Below are positions 28,737-37,811 of a DNA stretch of 64,000 nucleotides, piece by piece (position 1 is the stretch's first letter; every line of letters begins with the position of its first letter). The notes under the pieces were generated by a model. That model worked only from the letters and a program-made list of their open reading frames with translations. It was not told the DNA's origin and searched no databases. A program made the position numbers and the translations under genes. The stretch comes from Pseudomonadota bacterium (GTDB lineage: Bacteria; Pseudomonadota; Gammaproteobacteria; JAKAQQ01). The stretch covers positions 12,055 through 76,054 of the forward strand of contig DAHWSH010000024.1 in NCBI GenBank assembly GCA_027338645.1, in the 5' to 3' direction.

Positions 28737-30269
28737 TCAGTCTGCCGCGCGGGCTTGGTCCAGAAGATACTGGACAAACAAGGGGACCGGCCGCCCGGTG
28801 GCCCCTTTCTGGGCCCCGGTTTTCCAGGCGGTTCCGGCGATGTCCAGATGGATCCAGGGCACCTCGCCAACGAAACGCCACAGGAAGCAGGCCGCCGTGA
28901 TGGCCCCCGCATCCCGTCCGCCAATATTCGCAAAATCGGCAAAATTGCTGGACAGGGCGTCCTGGTAGTCATCCCAGAGCGGCATACGCCAGACGGGATC
29001 CACCGCTTCTTGTGAGGCCTTTTCAAAATCCCGGACCAGGCCATCATGGTTTGAGAACAGACCGCTCGGATGATGGCCCAAAGCCACCACACAAGCCCCG
29101 GTCAGAGTCGCGGCGTCCAAAAGGATACGGGGCTTGTAGTTCTTCTGTACGTAGGTCATGGCATCGCAAAGAACAAGACGGCCTTCCGCATCCGTGTTCA
29201 GGATTTCGATGGTCTGACCGGAAAGGGATCGGACGATATCTCCTGGTTTGACAGCCCGTCCACCCGGCATATTTTCGGCTGCGGCAATCACTCCCACCAC
29301 ATGGAGGGGCAGATTGAGCAGAGAGAGGGTCTGGAGGGTGCCCAAGACCGAGGCGGCTCCGCACATATCAAATTTCATCTCATCCATGGCGGCAGCCGGT
29401 TTGATGGAGATGCCGCCGGAATCAAAGGTGATGCCCTTGCCCACGAGTGCAATCGGCGCCTGACCTGGTCGGCCTCCCCGGTATTCGAGCACAATGAGAC
29501 GGGGAGGCTCCACACTGCCCTTGGCCACGGCCAGGAGGGCGTTCATCCCGAGCGACTCCATTTCCTTTTCCGTGAGGATCCGGATCCGGAAACGGGAGTT
29601 TTGTGCAGCTAGCTTGCGGGCTTCTGCCGCGAGATGGCGGGGCGTGGCCAGATTGGGGGGACGATTGCCTAGATCACGGCAGAGCCGCACTCCTTGAGCC
29701 ATGGCTTCACCGTCCCGGATCGCCTGGCGGAGGTTGCTCTCCGGTCCCGCATCCGGCCCCAGGGACAAGTGGACCTTCTCGAGATGTGGCGGAGCGGAAA
29801 CGGGGCCCCCGGTTCCGCGGCACTCGGTGAAGCGGTAGAGCGCATCATGAGTAGCCTCCACCGCCTGGCGAATCCGCCAGGTGGCCGGCAGACCCTCGAG
29901 AGGAAGGGCGGTGAGCGTGTTGACGACACTGTGGTTCCCGGCCCGGACCAGTCGCTCCATGACCGAACCCAAGATCCCCCGGAATCGGTTTCGGGTGAGC
30001 TTGCCAGGTTTGCCGAGACCGACAAAAAGCACTTCCTGGATCCGGCTTCCGGCAGGAGCGGGGCTCGAGAGCATCTGTCCCGACCGGGCCTCGAATCCCC
30101 TGCTTTTGAGCCATTCCAGAACAGGCCGGTTGAAGAGCCGATCCAGATCTCTCAACGCTTCCGTCTGGCGAAGACCCGCATGCAGACCGACGACCCATGT
30201 GTCGGCCGTCATGGTTTCCGGATTTTTCCGAATCGTCGTAAACTGTACAGAAGTGCTGCGTTGGGGCAT
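28737..30269 (-). CDS. pepA: Leucyl aminopeptidase
   Basis: LVGKGITFDSGG, MKFDMCGAA, NTDAEGRLVLCD, ATLTGA, HLDIAG. Confidence 0.97.
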   Translation of the reverse strand: MPQRSTSVQFTTIRKNPETMTADTWVVGLHAGLRQTEALRDLDRLFNRPVLEWLKSRGFEARSGQMLSSPAPAGSRIQEVLFVGLGKPGKLTRNRFRGILGSVMERLVRAGNHSVVNTLTALPLEGLPATWRIRQAVEATHDALYRFTECRGTGGPVSAPPHLEKVHLSLGPDAGPESNLRQAIRDGEAMAQGVRLCRDLGNRPPNLATPRHLAAEARKLAAQNSRFRIRILTEKEMESLGMNALLAVAKGSVEPPRLIVLEYRGGRPGQAPIALVGKGITFDSGGISIKPAAAMDEMKFDMCGAASVLGTLQTLSLLNLPLHVVGVIAAAENMPGGRAVKPGDIVRSLSGQTIEILNTDAEGRLVLCDAMTYVQKNYKPRILLDAATLTGACVVALGHHPSGLFSNHDGLVRDFEKASQEAVDPVWRMPLWDDYQDALSSNFADFANIGGRDAGAITAACFLWRFVGEVPWIHLDIAGTAWKTGAQKGATGRPVPLFVQYLLDQARAAD

Positions 30270-30381
30270 TGGCGAGACTCCCATGGACACAAGTGAGGTT
30301 CGTTGCTGGGGCAACGGCAGGTGAATAGTCTACCCGATCGGGTGTGCTGCATCCGCGTTCCGGCAACTTCCGGATGGGATC

Positions 30382-31482
30382 GTGTCCCGCGTCCTTAACC
30401 GCTATCTGTTCCGGGAGACGCTGGGCACTGCACTTCTGGTGCTCTCGGTGTTGCTCCTGATCCTCGTCGCCAGTCGTTTTTCGAACTACATCGGTCAGGC
30501 CGCTTCCGGACTCCTGCCAAAACAGTTGGTTTTCCAGATGCTCGGACTCAATGTACTGGGCTATCTGTCGGTTCTCGTGCCCGGATCGGTCTTCCTCGCG
30601 GTCCTCCTGACCCTGGGGCGCCTGTACCGAGACAATGAAATGTCGGCTATCTCCGCCTGTGGCATCAGTCCACTTCAGATGTACCGTGCCCTTTTCGCCT
30701 TAGGCATTCTCTTTGCCCTGGGAACGGCTGTCCTGTCCTTCTGGATTGCCCCATGGGCCGTCCGTCAGTCCGTGGCCTTGCGGAATCAGAGCACCGAGAT
30801 CACCCGTTATGGATTATTCCAAGCCGGACAGTTTCATCAGATTCCGGCTATCGGGGCGACCTTTTATGCCGGAGCCACGAGTCCTCATGGACGTCGGGTC
30901 TACAATGTCCTGATCGAATCCCAGAAAAGGGGACGGGTGGACATCGTGACGGCCCGTCAAGGGGTATTTATCTCGGCTCCGCATCGGGGAGGAAACCGGA
31001 CGCTCATTCTCGAACGGGGTTACCGTTACGAGGGACATCTGGATTCTGCCCGTTTTGATCGCGTTCACTTCCGCGAGTACGGAGTCAATTTGAAACTCGT
31101 TCCGGATCACGAACCTACGCGTTATTCGGAATCCGGACAGACGACCAGCTCCCTGTGGACGGATCCCACGCCCCGGAACCTGGCGCAGCTGCAATGGCGA
31201 TTCAGTGCCCCACTCAGCGTGTTGATCCTCATCTTTCTGGCGCTGCCCTTGGCCCGCACGGCGCCACGGGAGGGTCGTGCCCTCAAGATTTTCATGGGTA
31301 TCCTTCTCTACCTTCTGTATTCGAATCTGATGGGAATCGGGAAAGTCTGGGTGGCGCACCGGGTAGTTCCGGCGGCAGTGGGTCTCTGGTGGGTACATGT
31401 GTTGTTTGTCCTGATCGGTGGCGTTCTCCTCGCCCGCCTGTATGAAGTCCATCTCTTGCCAGCCCGGGAAAGATCGTCATGA
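30382..31482 (+). CDS. lptF: LPS export permease LptF
   Basis: RYLFRE, LGRLYRDNEM, GYRYEG, AQLQWRFSAP; divergent from pepA. Confidence 0.93.
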   Translation: MSRVLNRYLFRETLGTALLVLSVLLLILVASRFSNYIGQAASGLLPKQLVFQMLGLNVLGYLSVLVPGSVFLAVLLTLGRLYRDNEMSAISACGISPLQMYRALFALGILFALGTAVLSFWIAPWAVRQSVALRNQSTEITRYGLFQAGQFHQIPAIGATFYAGATSPHGRRVYNVLIESQKRGRVDIVTARQGVFISAPHRGGNRTLILERGYRYEGHLDSARFDRVHFREYGVNLKLVPDHEPTRYSESGQTTSSLWTDPTPRNLAQLQWRFSAPLSVLILIFLALPLARTAPREGRALKIFMGILLYLLYSNLMGIGKVWVAHRVVPAAVGLWWVHVLFVLIGGVLLARLYEVHLLPARERSS

Positions 31483-32543
31483 GTCTCATCGACCGCTACC
31501 TCGCGAGAACCGTCATCAAGGGGACCTTCCTCGCTATTGTCATTCTGACCGTCATCTCGGGTTTCCTGACGTTTGTGAGCCAGTTGCACAATGTCGGAAT
31601 CCAGAACTACACGATCGGGACCGCACTGCTCTATACCGGTTCTACCCTTCCGGAGTGGATCAGTGACATTTTCCCGGCTGGCACCCTGATCGGTTCCCTG
31701 ATGGCCCTGGGCACCTTGGCCCATGCCAATGAACTCCTGGTCTTTCGGTCGACCGGTGCTTCCCTGGTCCGCCTGGCCCGCTCCCTTGCGCTCGCGGCAC
31801 TGGTCCTGGTGGTGGTTTTCGTGATTCTGGCGGAATTCATCGCCCCGCCCACCAAGCGTTATGCTGAAAGCGAAAGGGCGCTCGCCCTCTACCACCAGAC
31901 CGCTCTCCTCGGGCCTTTCGGACTCTGGGCTCGCGATGGTCCACTCGTGGTCAATGTGGCCCGGATGGGGAGCCATCACCAGTTCGAAGGTATCCATATT
32001 TTCCGTCTCGAGCACCATCATCAGCTGACCGCTGTCGGTTACGCGCGCAAAGCTCTGTATCGTAACCACCAATGGATCCTTGAAGGTCTCAATGAAACCG
32101 AATTTGTGGGACGGCATCTCGTGGTCCGTCATATTCCCCGGTCGACCTGGCCCAAGTTGCTCAGTCCGGATCTCTTCAAGGTGTTGATCGTGAACCCCGG
32201 CAACCTGTCCGGTGTGGGACTCTGGCGGTATATCCGCTACCTCCACCACAACCACCTCACTGCCGAGCGCTATGAGATTTCCTTCTGGAAAAAAATCGCC
32301 GATTTTCTTTCCCTCCCCATCATGGTCTGCTTTTCACTACCTTTCCTCTTCGGTTCCACCCGGACCCGTGGGTCGAGCTATCGGCTTTTTATCGGTGTGG
32401 GCGTCGGGTTGCTCTACTACTTCCTGGATAACGTGATGGTCAGCATGGGTGATGCTTTTCGCTGGCCGCCGCTTTTGGTGGCGTTTGGTCCATTGGCGCT
32501 TTTCAGCGGGCTAACTGCTATACTCATTCACCAGACGACCTGA
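31479..32543 (+). CDS. lptG: LPS export permease LptG
   Basis: IDRYLAR, LGTLAHANELLVFRSTG, GLWARDG, YEISFWKK. Confidence 0.93.
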   Translation: MSLIDRYLARTVIKGTFLAIVILTVISGFLTFVSQLHNVGIQNYTIGTALLYTGSTLPEWISDIFPAGTLIGSLMALGTLAHANELLVFRSTGASLVRLARSLALAALVLVVVFVILAEFIAPPTKRYAESERALALYHQTALLGPFGLWARDGPLVVNVARMGSHHQFEGIHIFRLEHHHQLTAVGYARKALYRNHQWILEGLNETEFVGRHLVVRHIPRSTWPKLLSPDLFKVLIVNPGNLSGVGLWRYIRYLHHNHLTAERYEISFWKKIADFLSLPIMVCFSLPFLFGSTRTRGSSYRLFIGVGVGLLYYFLDNVMVSMGDAFRWPPLLVAFGPLALFSGLTAILIHQTT

Positions 32544-32562
32544 CGGCCCTTGATTCTTCACC

Positions 32563-33129
32563 GTGCCCCTGCGCAATGACTCGGACAACTGGGGAGGAGT
32601 AGCCAAGACCTTGCACTGGTCGATGGCCGGGCTGGTTTTCGTCGAACTGGTACTGGGCTGGATGGCGGTCGCCTGGCCACTGACCCCGACCAAGCTTTAC
32701 CTTTTTATCTGGCACAAGTCACTGGGCTTTGTCATTTTGTTCTTGGTGCTCATCCGGCTGGTCTGGCGTTTTTCGGGACCGCGCCCGAGGTTTCCCGATT
32801 CTACGACGGTCTGGGAAAGGTGGAGTGCGGTGATCGTTCATGAATTGCTCTACGCGATCCTGATCTTCCTGCCGATCACCGGCTGGCTGTTCAACTCGGC
32901 CGTGGACGTACCGTTCCGCTTCTTTGGTTGGTTTCGCTGGCCCGCGCTGATTCCCCCCGATCAGGCCCAAGCCCATTTTTTGGCCGACCTCCATATCTTT
33001 CTCGGATGGAGTCTTGTGGTCTTGCTGTCTGTTCATATTCTGGCCGCGCTTTGGCACCATGCGGTCGGCCATGATTCCACCCTGAGGCGGATGATGCCGG
33101 GTGTCCGGGTGACTCCGAAGGGGTCATGA
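32563..33129 (+). CDS. Cytochrome b561 (CybB/YceJ family)
   Basis: Four heme-ligand His: LHWSM, WHKSLG, VHELLY, LH..VHILAALWHH; TLRRM. Confidence 0.92.
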   Translation: MPLRNDSDNWGGVAKTLHWSMAGLVFVELVLGWMAVAWPLTPTKLYLFIWHKSLGFVILFLVLIRLVWRFSGPRPRFPDSTTVWERWSAVIVHELLYAILIFLPITGWLFNSAVDVPFRFFGWFRWPALIPPDQAQAHFLADLHIFLGWSLVVLLSVHILAALWHHAVGHDSTLRRMMPGVRVTPKGS

Positions 33130-33710
33130 TTCCGGGCTGGCGTCGCACTCTTTTTGCCGCGGTGGGGCTCGCCGCTGGATGGCTGCTTTTTTCCAGCGGG
33201 GGCAGGGCGGCTGTTTTTTGGCACAGCGCCCCATCTCCGTCACGACTACTTTTCTTTGTTCATTGGGAATCCAGTACCATCAAGGGCCGCTTTGTCGCAT
33301 TTCATTGTCTTCTCGAGACCACCCCCTCCGACCAGCCCCGTTTCCTCAAGGTGGTGATCCCGACGCGATTGTTGCATTTCCAAAGCTCACTTTTGGAAGA
33401 ACCAGCCCGGAGCGCAACCTGGTTCGACGTCAAGACCTATCCCCAGGCGGTCTTCACGGGCCACGAGTTCCTGAAGACCGGCCCCGATGCGTATCAGGCC
33501 ACCGGCGACCTCCTTCTCAAGGGCGTGCATCACCCGGTCCACATCCAATTTGAGCTTTCGGCCCCCCGTCCGGGCGTCCTCTTCATGATCGGAACGGGGC
33601 AGGTCCGTCGCCAAGATTTTGGTATCGGCAGTGGAACGTGGCAGAAGAGCTCGGTAATCGGCAGTCGCGTCATTCTGCATTTTCGTGTCAGATTCATTCC
33701 CGGATCGTGA
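33126..33710 (+). CDS. YceI-family periplasmic lipid/polyisoprenoid-binding protein
   Basis: Signal peptide, WFDVKTYPQAVF, GDLLLKGV, RQDFGIG; follows cytochrome b561. Confidence 0.87.
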   Translation: MIPGWRRTLFAAVGLAAGWLLFSSGGRAAVFWHSAPSPSRLLFFVHWESSTIKGRFVAFHCLLETTPSDQPRFLKVVIPTRLLHFQSSLLEEPARSATWFDVKTYPQAVFTGHEFLKTGPDAYQATGDLLLKGVHHPVHIQFELSAPRPGVLFMIGTGQVRRQDFGIGSGTWQKSSVIGSRVILHFRVRFIPGS

Positions 33711-33728
33711 ATCTTGCACGATCCAGGC

Positions 33729-34529
33729 GTGAGCACAGTTTTTCTATTTACGGATTTCGGAACCGGCAGCCTTTATGTCGGACAACTTCATGCGCGACTG
33801 GCTGCGGCAAAGCCGGCCGTGCCCTGGATCGATCTCTGCCATGATCTCGCCCCTTGTGCACCACGTGCTGCCGCCTACCTGCTCGAGGCTTTGTTTCCGT
33901 ACCTTCCGGAATCCGGCATCCTCGTCGGAGTCGTCGATCCTGGTGTCGGCACCGACCGCACGCCGATCCTTGTCCAGTGGGGACACTGGACCTTGATCGG
34001 CCCGGACAACGGTCTTTTTTCCCGGGTGGTACGGGGTGGAGACCCGGTTCGGCTTTATGAGATTCCCCATCCCATAACCCACACGCTATCCGTGAGCTTC
34101 CATGGACGTGACCTGTTTTTGCCCTGGGCGATCCGTCTGGCCCAGCATGCAGGCACTTCTCGTCAGGATGAGGGGCTTGAACCCCATTCCTCGCCACTCG
34201 TCGGCAGTGAGTGGCCGGAGGACAACCCGGAAATTATCCTGATCGACCGTTTTGGCAATGCCGCGACCGGGTATCGTGGCAGCAGTGTTCAGTCCAGCTG
34301 GCAGCTTTGCTGCAGCGGCCGGAAGTTACCTTTTGCTACCGTGTTTGGATCCGTTCCGGTGGGACAGGCGTTCTGGTATATCAACTCGATCGGGCTTGTC
34401 GAGATCGCATGTAACCAGGGTTCGGCTGCGCGCCTCTTGGATCTCCAGGTGGGACAGCGCTTTGATTGGAGAATCCCAGACCATGAGCCCGCCCTTGCCA
34501 TTCGTCACCCACCAGGAGGGACGACTTAA
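33729..34529 (+). CDS. SAM hydroxide adenosyltransferase/halogenase family (DUF62)
   Basis: FTDFG, DLCH, VVDPGVGTDR, GPDNG, SFHGRDLF, IDRFGN, NSIGLVEIACNQG. Confidence 0.9.
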   Translation: MSTVFLFTDFGTGSLYVGQLHARLAAAKPAVPWIDLCHDLAPCAPRAAAYLLEALFPYLPESGILVGVVDPGVGTDRTPILVQWGHWTLIGPDNGLFSRVVRGGDPVRLYEIPHPITHTLSVSFHGRDLFLPWAIRLAQHAGTSRQDEGLEPHSSPLVGSEWPEDNPEIILIDRFGNAATGYRGSSVQSSWQLCCSGRKLPFATVFGSVPVGQAFWYINSIGLVEIACNQGSAARLLDLQVGQRFDWRIPDHEPALAIRHPPGGTT

Positions 34530-35068
34530 TCGGAGACGACCTGAGAAGATGTGTCGGTGCGGACCAGCCGGGTCTGGGATAAGCGGTCATGGAGCCCCCC
34601 CCGGGGCAGACGACTCGTCAGGCCAAGAGTGAGGAAGCCCATGACCAGCCAGATGGTGAGGTAGAGTGACAGAGTCGCAGTCCGATGCCCAGGGCTCCGG
34701 GGTTCCCCAAAGTAGATAGGTAGAAGTAACGCACCCAGGAGGAGCCATTCGATGAGCGCCACAAAGAAGCGGATGGAGGCATGAGCCCAGTCTACCGGCC
34801 GACTGTCCAGGCGGACGAGCTGGAGACGCCAAGCCTTCATGCCCAGGGTTTGTCCACCATGGCTCCAAAATCCTGCCAGAAAGATCCAGGCCAGTGCAAG
34901 TAGGAAGCCCCAATACAGGATGCGCCCGGAGATCGACGCATTGAGTGACCGCTGTGCCGGATGGACGAGGAGCGCCAGTAAAAAAGTGCCCAGCAGCCAG
35001 AGGGCCAGGACGATGAATCCATCGTAAAGCAAAGCCCCGAGATGACGCAGGAGAAGAGGCTTTTTCAA
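34526..35068 (-). CDS. RDD family membrane protein
   Basis: RHLGALLYD, GQTLGMKAWRL, LHDRLSQT. Confidence 0.88.
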   Translation of the reverse strand: MKKPLLLRHLGALLYDGFIVLALWLLGTFLLALLVHPAQRSLNASISGRILYWGFLLALAWIFLAGFWSHGGQTLGMKAWRLQLVRLDSRPVDWAHASIRFFVALIEWLLLGALLLPIYFGEPRSPGHRTATLSLYLTIWLVMGFLTLGLTSRLPRGGLHDRLSQTRLVRTDTSSQVVSD

Positions 35069-35072
35069 GATC

Positions 35073-36005
35073 TTAGCGTGGGCCAGTCCAGACGACGGTA
35101 TCCAGCCCGACTCGGGTGTGTTTGAGAAGCAGGATCCGGTGTCCGGTATGCCAAAGGTCGAGATAGAGGGTCCAGCGGCGTCCCGGCGACACAAAAAGAC
35201 TGGATGAGTGCTTCCCCACCAAGAAACCATGGAGGGCGGGAACGTTGCGGACCGGCGTGTACCAGGCGGGGAGATGAATCCGGATCTGGGCCCCAGAGGT
35301 CAGATCATAGTTGAAATATGGATAGGTTTTGACTCCGACCGCAGAACACAGGATGGCGTTATGGGAGAGGCGGAGCTCCGGGTAGGTCAGGGGAACCGGG
35401 AATTTTCGAAAACTTCCACTTTCCAGGTTGTGGATCCAGAGCGCCTGCTCGTGGGTTTTGCGCCAACTGGTATAGAGAAAACGTCCCGCACCCAGTCGGA
35501 TGACCGGGATTGGAATCGGAAAGGGTCCGGGATCGATCAAATGCCTCACCTGGGGATCCCGAAATGAAGCCCAATACAACCGCTCGGCATAAAGACCCGG
35601 TTTGACTGTGTCGTAAAAAACAAAGCGATGCCGGTAGGGGAAAGCCACGGCCTTCCAGCCGCTCCGGAGCGGGGTCCAGTGACGAGTCTTCAGGTTGAGA
35701 AGGTCGATGGTGTGCTGAGGGTAGGTGCTCACCAAGAGCAGGTTTCGCGAGACAATCGAGAGGACATCCACCCGGAGATGATCGGGCAGGTGGATCACGG
35801 TCTGGATTCGATGGGTTTGGAGATTAAGCTCGAGGATGCGGTTACCAGTACCCAGATAAAGGGTGCCTGGAAGGGCCTGGGCGGGACCCGGTCCGCCGCA
35901 GCTGGCAAGAAACAGAAGACCCATGGCCAATCCGATCCGGATTGGAATTCGCACGATCTGCAAGTGACCGAAGGATTCCCCGCATCGGGTCGTCTGGAGG
36001 TTCAT
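35073..36005 (-). CDS. Hypothetical lipoprotein, beta-rich (possible beta-propeller)
   Basis: Lipobox-like LFLASCGG; repeated beta-strand units (ILELNLQT, IDLLNLKT, WIHNLESG, FNYDLTSG, LYLDLWHTG); ATGA overlap with hpnM. Confidence 0.6.
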   Translation of the reverse strand: MNLQTTRCGESFGHLQIVRIPIRIGLAMGLLFLASCGGPGPAQALPGTLYLGTGNRILELNLQTHRIQTVIHLPDHLRVDVLSIVSRNLLLVSTYPQHTIDLLNLKTRHWTPLRSGWKAVAFPYRHRFVFYDTVKPGLYAERLYWASFRDPQVRHLIDPGPFPIPIPVIRLGAGRFLYTSWRKTHEQALWIHNLESGSFRKFPVPLTYPELRLSHNAILCSAVGVKTYPYFNYDLTSGAQIRIHLPAWYTPVRNVPALHGFLVGKHSSSLFVSPGRRWTLYLDLWHTGHRILLLKHTRVGLDTVVWTGPR

Positions 36006-36706
36006 GAGGTGTGATTCCGGTCAGAGCCGGTTCTGGTTTCAAAACGTCGGATGGATCGGGTCAGGTAGTCGAGCAGTCCTGCCGGTCCGTTCTTTTTCAC
36101 GATGAACTGGAATTGAGACTTGAGGAGAGCGATATTACTCACGCCATCCACGAAAATATTGACGACTCGCCAGGCGGAATGGACTTCCTGGAGAAGGTAA
36201 ACGAAGGTGTGGTGCCGTTGGTTTTCTTCATTGAATCTCGCAATCACGAGGTCATAGGCAGGGTAATGACGGTGCTTGACGATATGAAACTGCTGACCCC
36301 GGTACCCGCTGAACTCGTGTGCATAGTTGGCAATCGTATAGTGGATGAACAGTTGACGGAGCCGATGCCGTTGTTGGGGGCTAAACCTCCCCCAGTCTCG
36401 CCCGATCAACAGGTGCAGCATCGCCCCCCAGTTGATCGTCCGTCGGATCACGGATTCAAGGATGTGGTAACGCGCTCTGAAACCAGCTCGGGAACCCGCC
36501 TTCATGGAGGCCAGAAGAGATCGATCGAGCGTGCGGATCACAGCGGTGGGTGAGGCTGTGGGCGGTTCTGCGCGAGAAAGCGCTCCACGGGCGGAAACCG
36601 AAGTCAGCAGGAGAAAAAGAAGGGGCCCCAGTGGAAACAAGACCGATTGAATCCGATGGCGGCTTGTAGAAGGGGGGCGTGCGGTGTCGTTTTCCATGAG
36701 TGTCAT
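36002..36706 (-). CDS. hpnM: HpnM / MlaC(Ttg2)-family periplasmic hopanoid transport protein
   Basis: MKAGSRAGFRARY, YTIANYAHEFSGYRGQQF, WRVVNIFVDGVS, GPAGLL; in hpn cluster. Confidence 0.8.
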   Translation of the reverse strand: MTLMENDTARPPSTSRHRIQSVLFPLGPLLFLLLTSVSARGALSRAEPPTASPTAVIRTLDRSLLASMKAGSRAGFRARYHILESVIRRTINWGAMLHLLIGRDWGRFSPQQRHRLRQLFIHYTIANYAHEFSGYRGQQFHIVKHRHYPAYDLVIARFNEENQRHHTFVYLLQEVHSAWRVVNIFVDGVSNIALLKSQFQFIVKKNGPAGLLDYLTRSIRRFETRTGSDRNHTS

Positions 36707-36761
36707 TTCCGGGAGGGGCACGGCTGATGTCGTGAGAGTTCTTTCATAAGTACGAACCCAG

Positions 36762-37811
36762 TCAAGGAAGGTCGGGTGGTGCGAGCGAGTCCATTCGGCC
36801 CCATTTCCGTCGTTCGATCCACTGCCATGAAACCAGGAAAGGCAGACCAAAGAGGACTTCCCGGAGACGCCGGACGAGAGAGAGGGAGAGGGTGATATCC
36901 GGACGGATACCGAGCAGGCTGCCGAACACCACAAAGCCCCCTTCCTGAACGCCAATCCCGGAGGGAACAAAAAACGAGGCGCTGCGCAACGCCTGGCTCA
37001 AGCTTTCGAGGACCAAGGCGCCACCCCAACCCACCCGACTGCCGAGCAAGAACAGGGCCAGCCAGATTTCGAGGACACCAGCCAGAAGTCCCGCCATTTG
37101 CCAGAGTCCCGCCCGCAGGAGGAGGGTCCGGCGCTGATAGAGTCGGTGAATTGCCTGGTCAAGCGCCTCGGGGTCGCCCACGGCCCTGACAAAGCGGTTC
37201 CCCCAGCCCAGCTGCTCGATCCAGCGGTGGCAGAAAGAGAAAAAACCACCGCGCTGGATGAGCACGAAAATCACGATGGCGCCGGCAGCCAGTGAAAGGG
37301 CAGGGAGAATCTGTCCATAGAAGGAATGACCCGAGCTCACTGTAACCAGGAGGAAAATACCGGCGAGGGTAAAAAAAATCTGGTTGACCAGCGTAAGGGT
37401 GACTTCGACGAGAACGCTTGCGATGGCATTTGCTTTACTGATTCCGGCACGGGTGGCCAAGCGGGCTCCCGTAAACTCACCGCCCACGCGGAAAACCGGG
37501 AGCAGGCCGTTGATGGCCTCACGAATACCGGCCACCCAAAACAGAAATCCTGAGGAAGGTTTTTGTTCACCATCGTGGAGTAAAACCCGCCAGCCTTGGG
37601 AATCCAGCATGATCGGGAGGATGTGAAGAGGGACCACCCAGAGAATGCTGAATCCCGCGATCGCAATCGTATTTTCGATACCACGAAGGCCCGTGTTCAG
37701 AATCAACCAAACGGTGGCCGCAAGTCCGAGGGAGGCAAAAAGAATCGCGGATAGGGGACAACGACCCGCCAGAATTGCGGAACGGGCACGGTTGGCCGGA
37801 AGTGCACTCAT
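36762..37811 (-). CDS. hpnL: HpnL (LPG-synthase TM/flippase-like domain protein)
   Basis: IREAINGLLPVFRVGGE, ESLSQALRSASFFVPSGIGVQEGG, RRLREVLFGLP. Confidence 0.82.
   Translation of the reverse strand: MSALPANRARSAILAGRCPLSAILFASLGLAATVWLILNTGLRGIENTIAIAGFSILWVVPLHILPIMLDSQGWRVLLHDGEQKPSSGFLFWVAGIREAINGLLPVFRVGGEFTGARLATRAGISKANAIASVLVEVTLTLVNQIFFTLAGIFLLVTVSSGHSFYGQILPALSLAAGAIVIFVLIQRGGFFSFCHRWIEQLGWGNRFVRAVGDPEALDQAIHRLYQRRTLLLRAGLWQMAGLLAGVLEIWLALFLLGSRVGWGGALVLESLSQALRSASFFVPSGIGVQEGGFVVFGSLLGIRPDITLSLSLVRRLREVLFGLPFLVSWQWIERRKWGRMDSLAPPDLP

Noticed and set aside
33729-34529. Possible fluorinase/chlorinase
   Set aside because: Housekeeping context and the DR/FHGRD motifs favour the common SAM hydrolase; no halometabolite cluster nearby.
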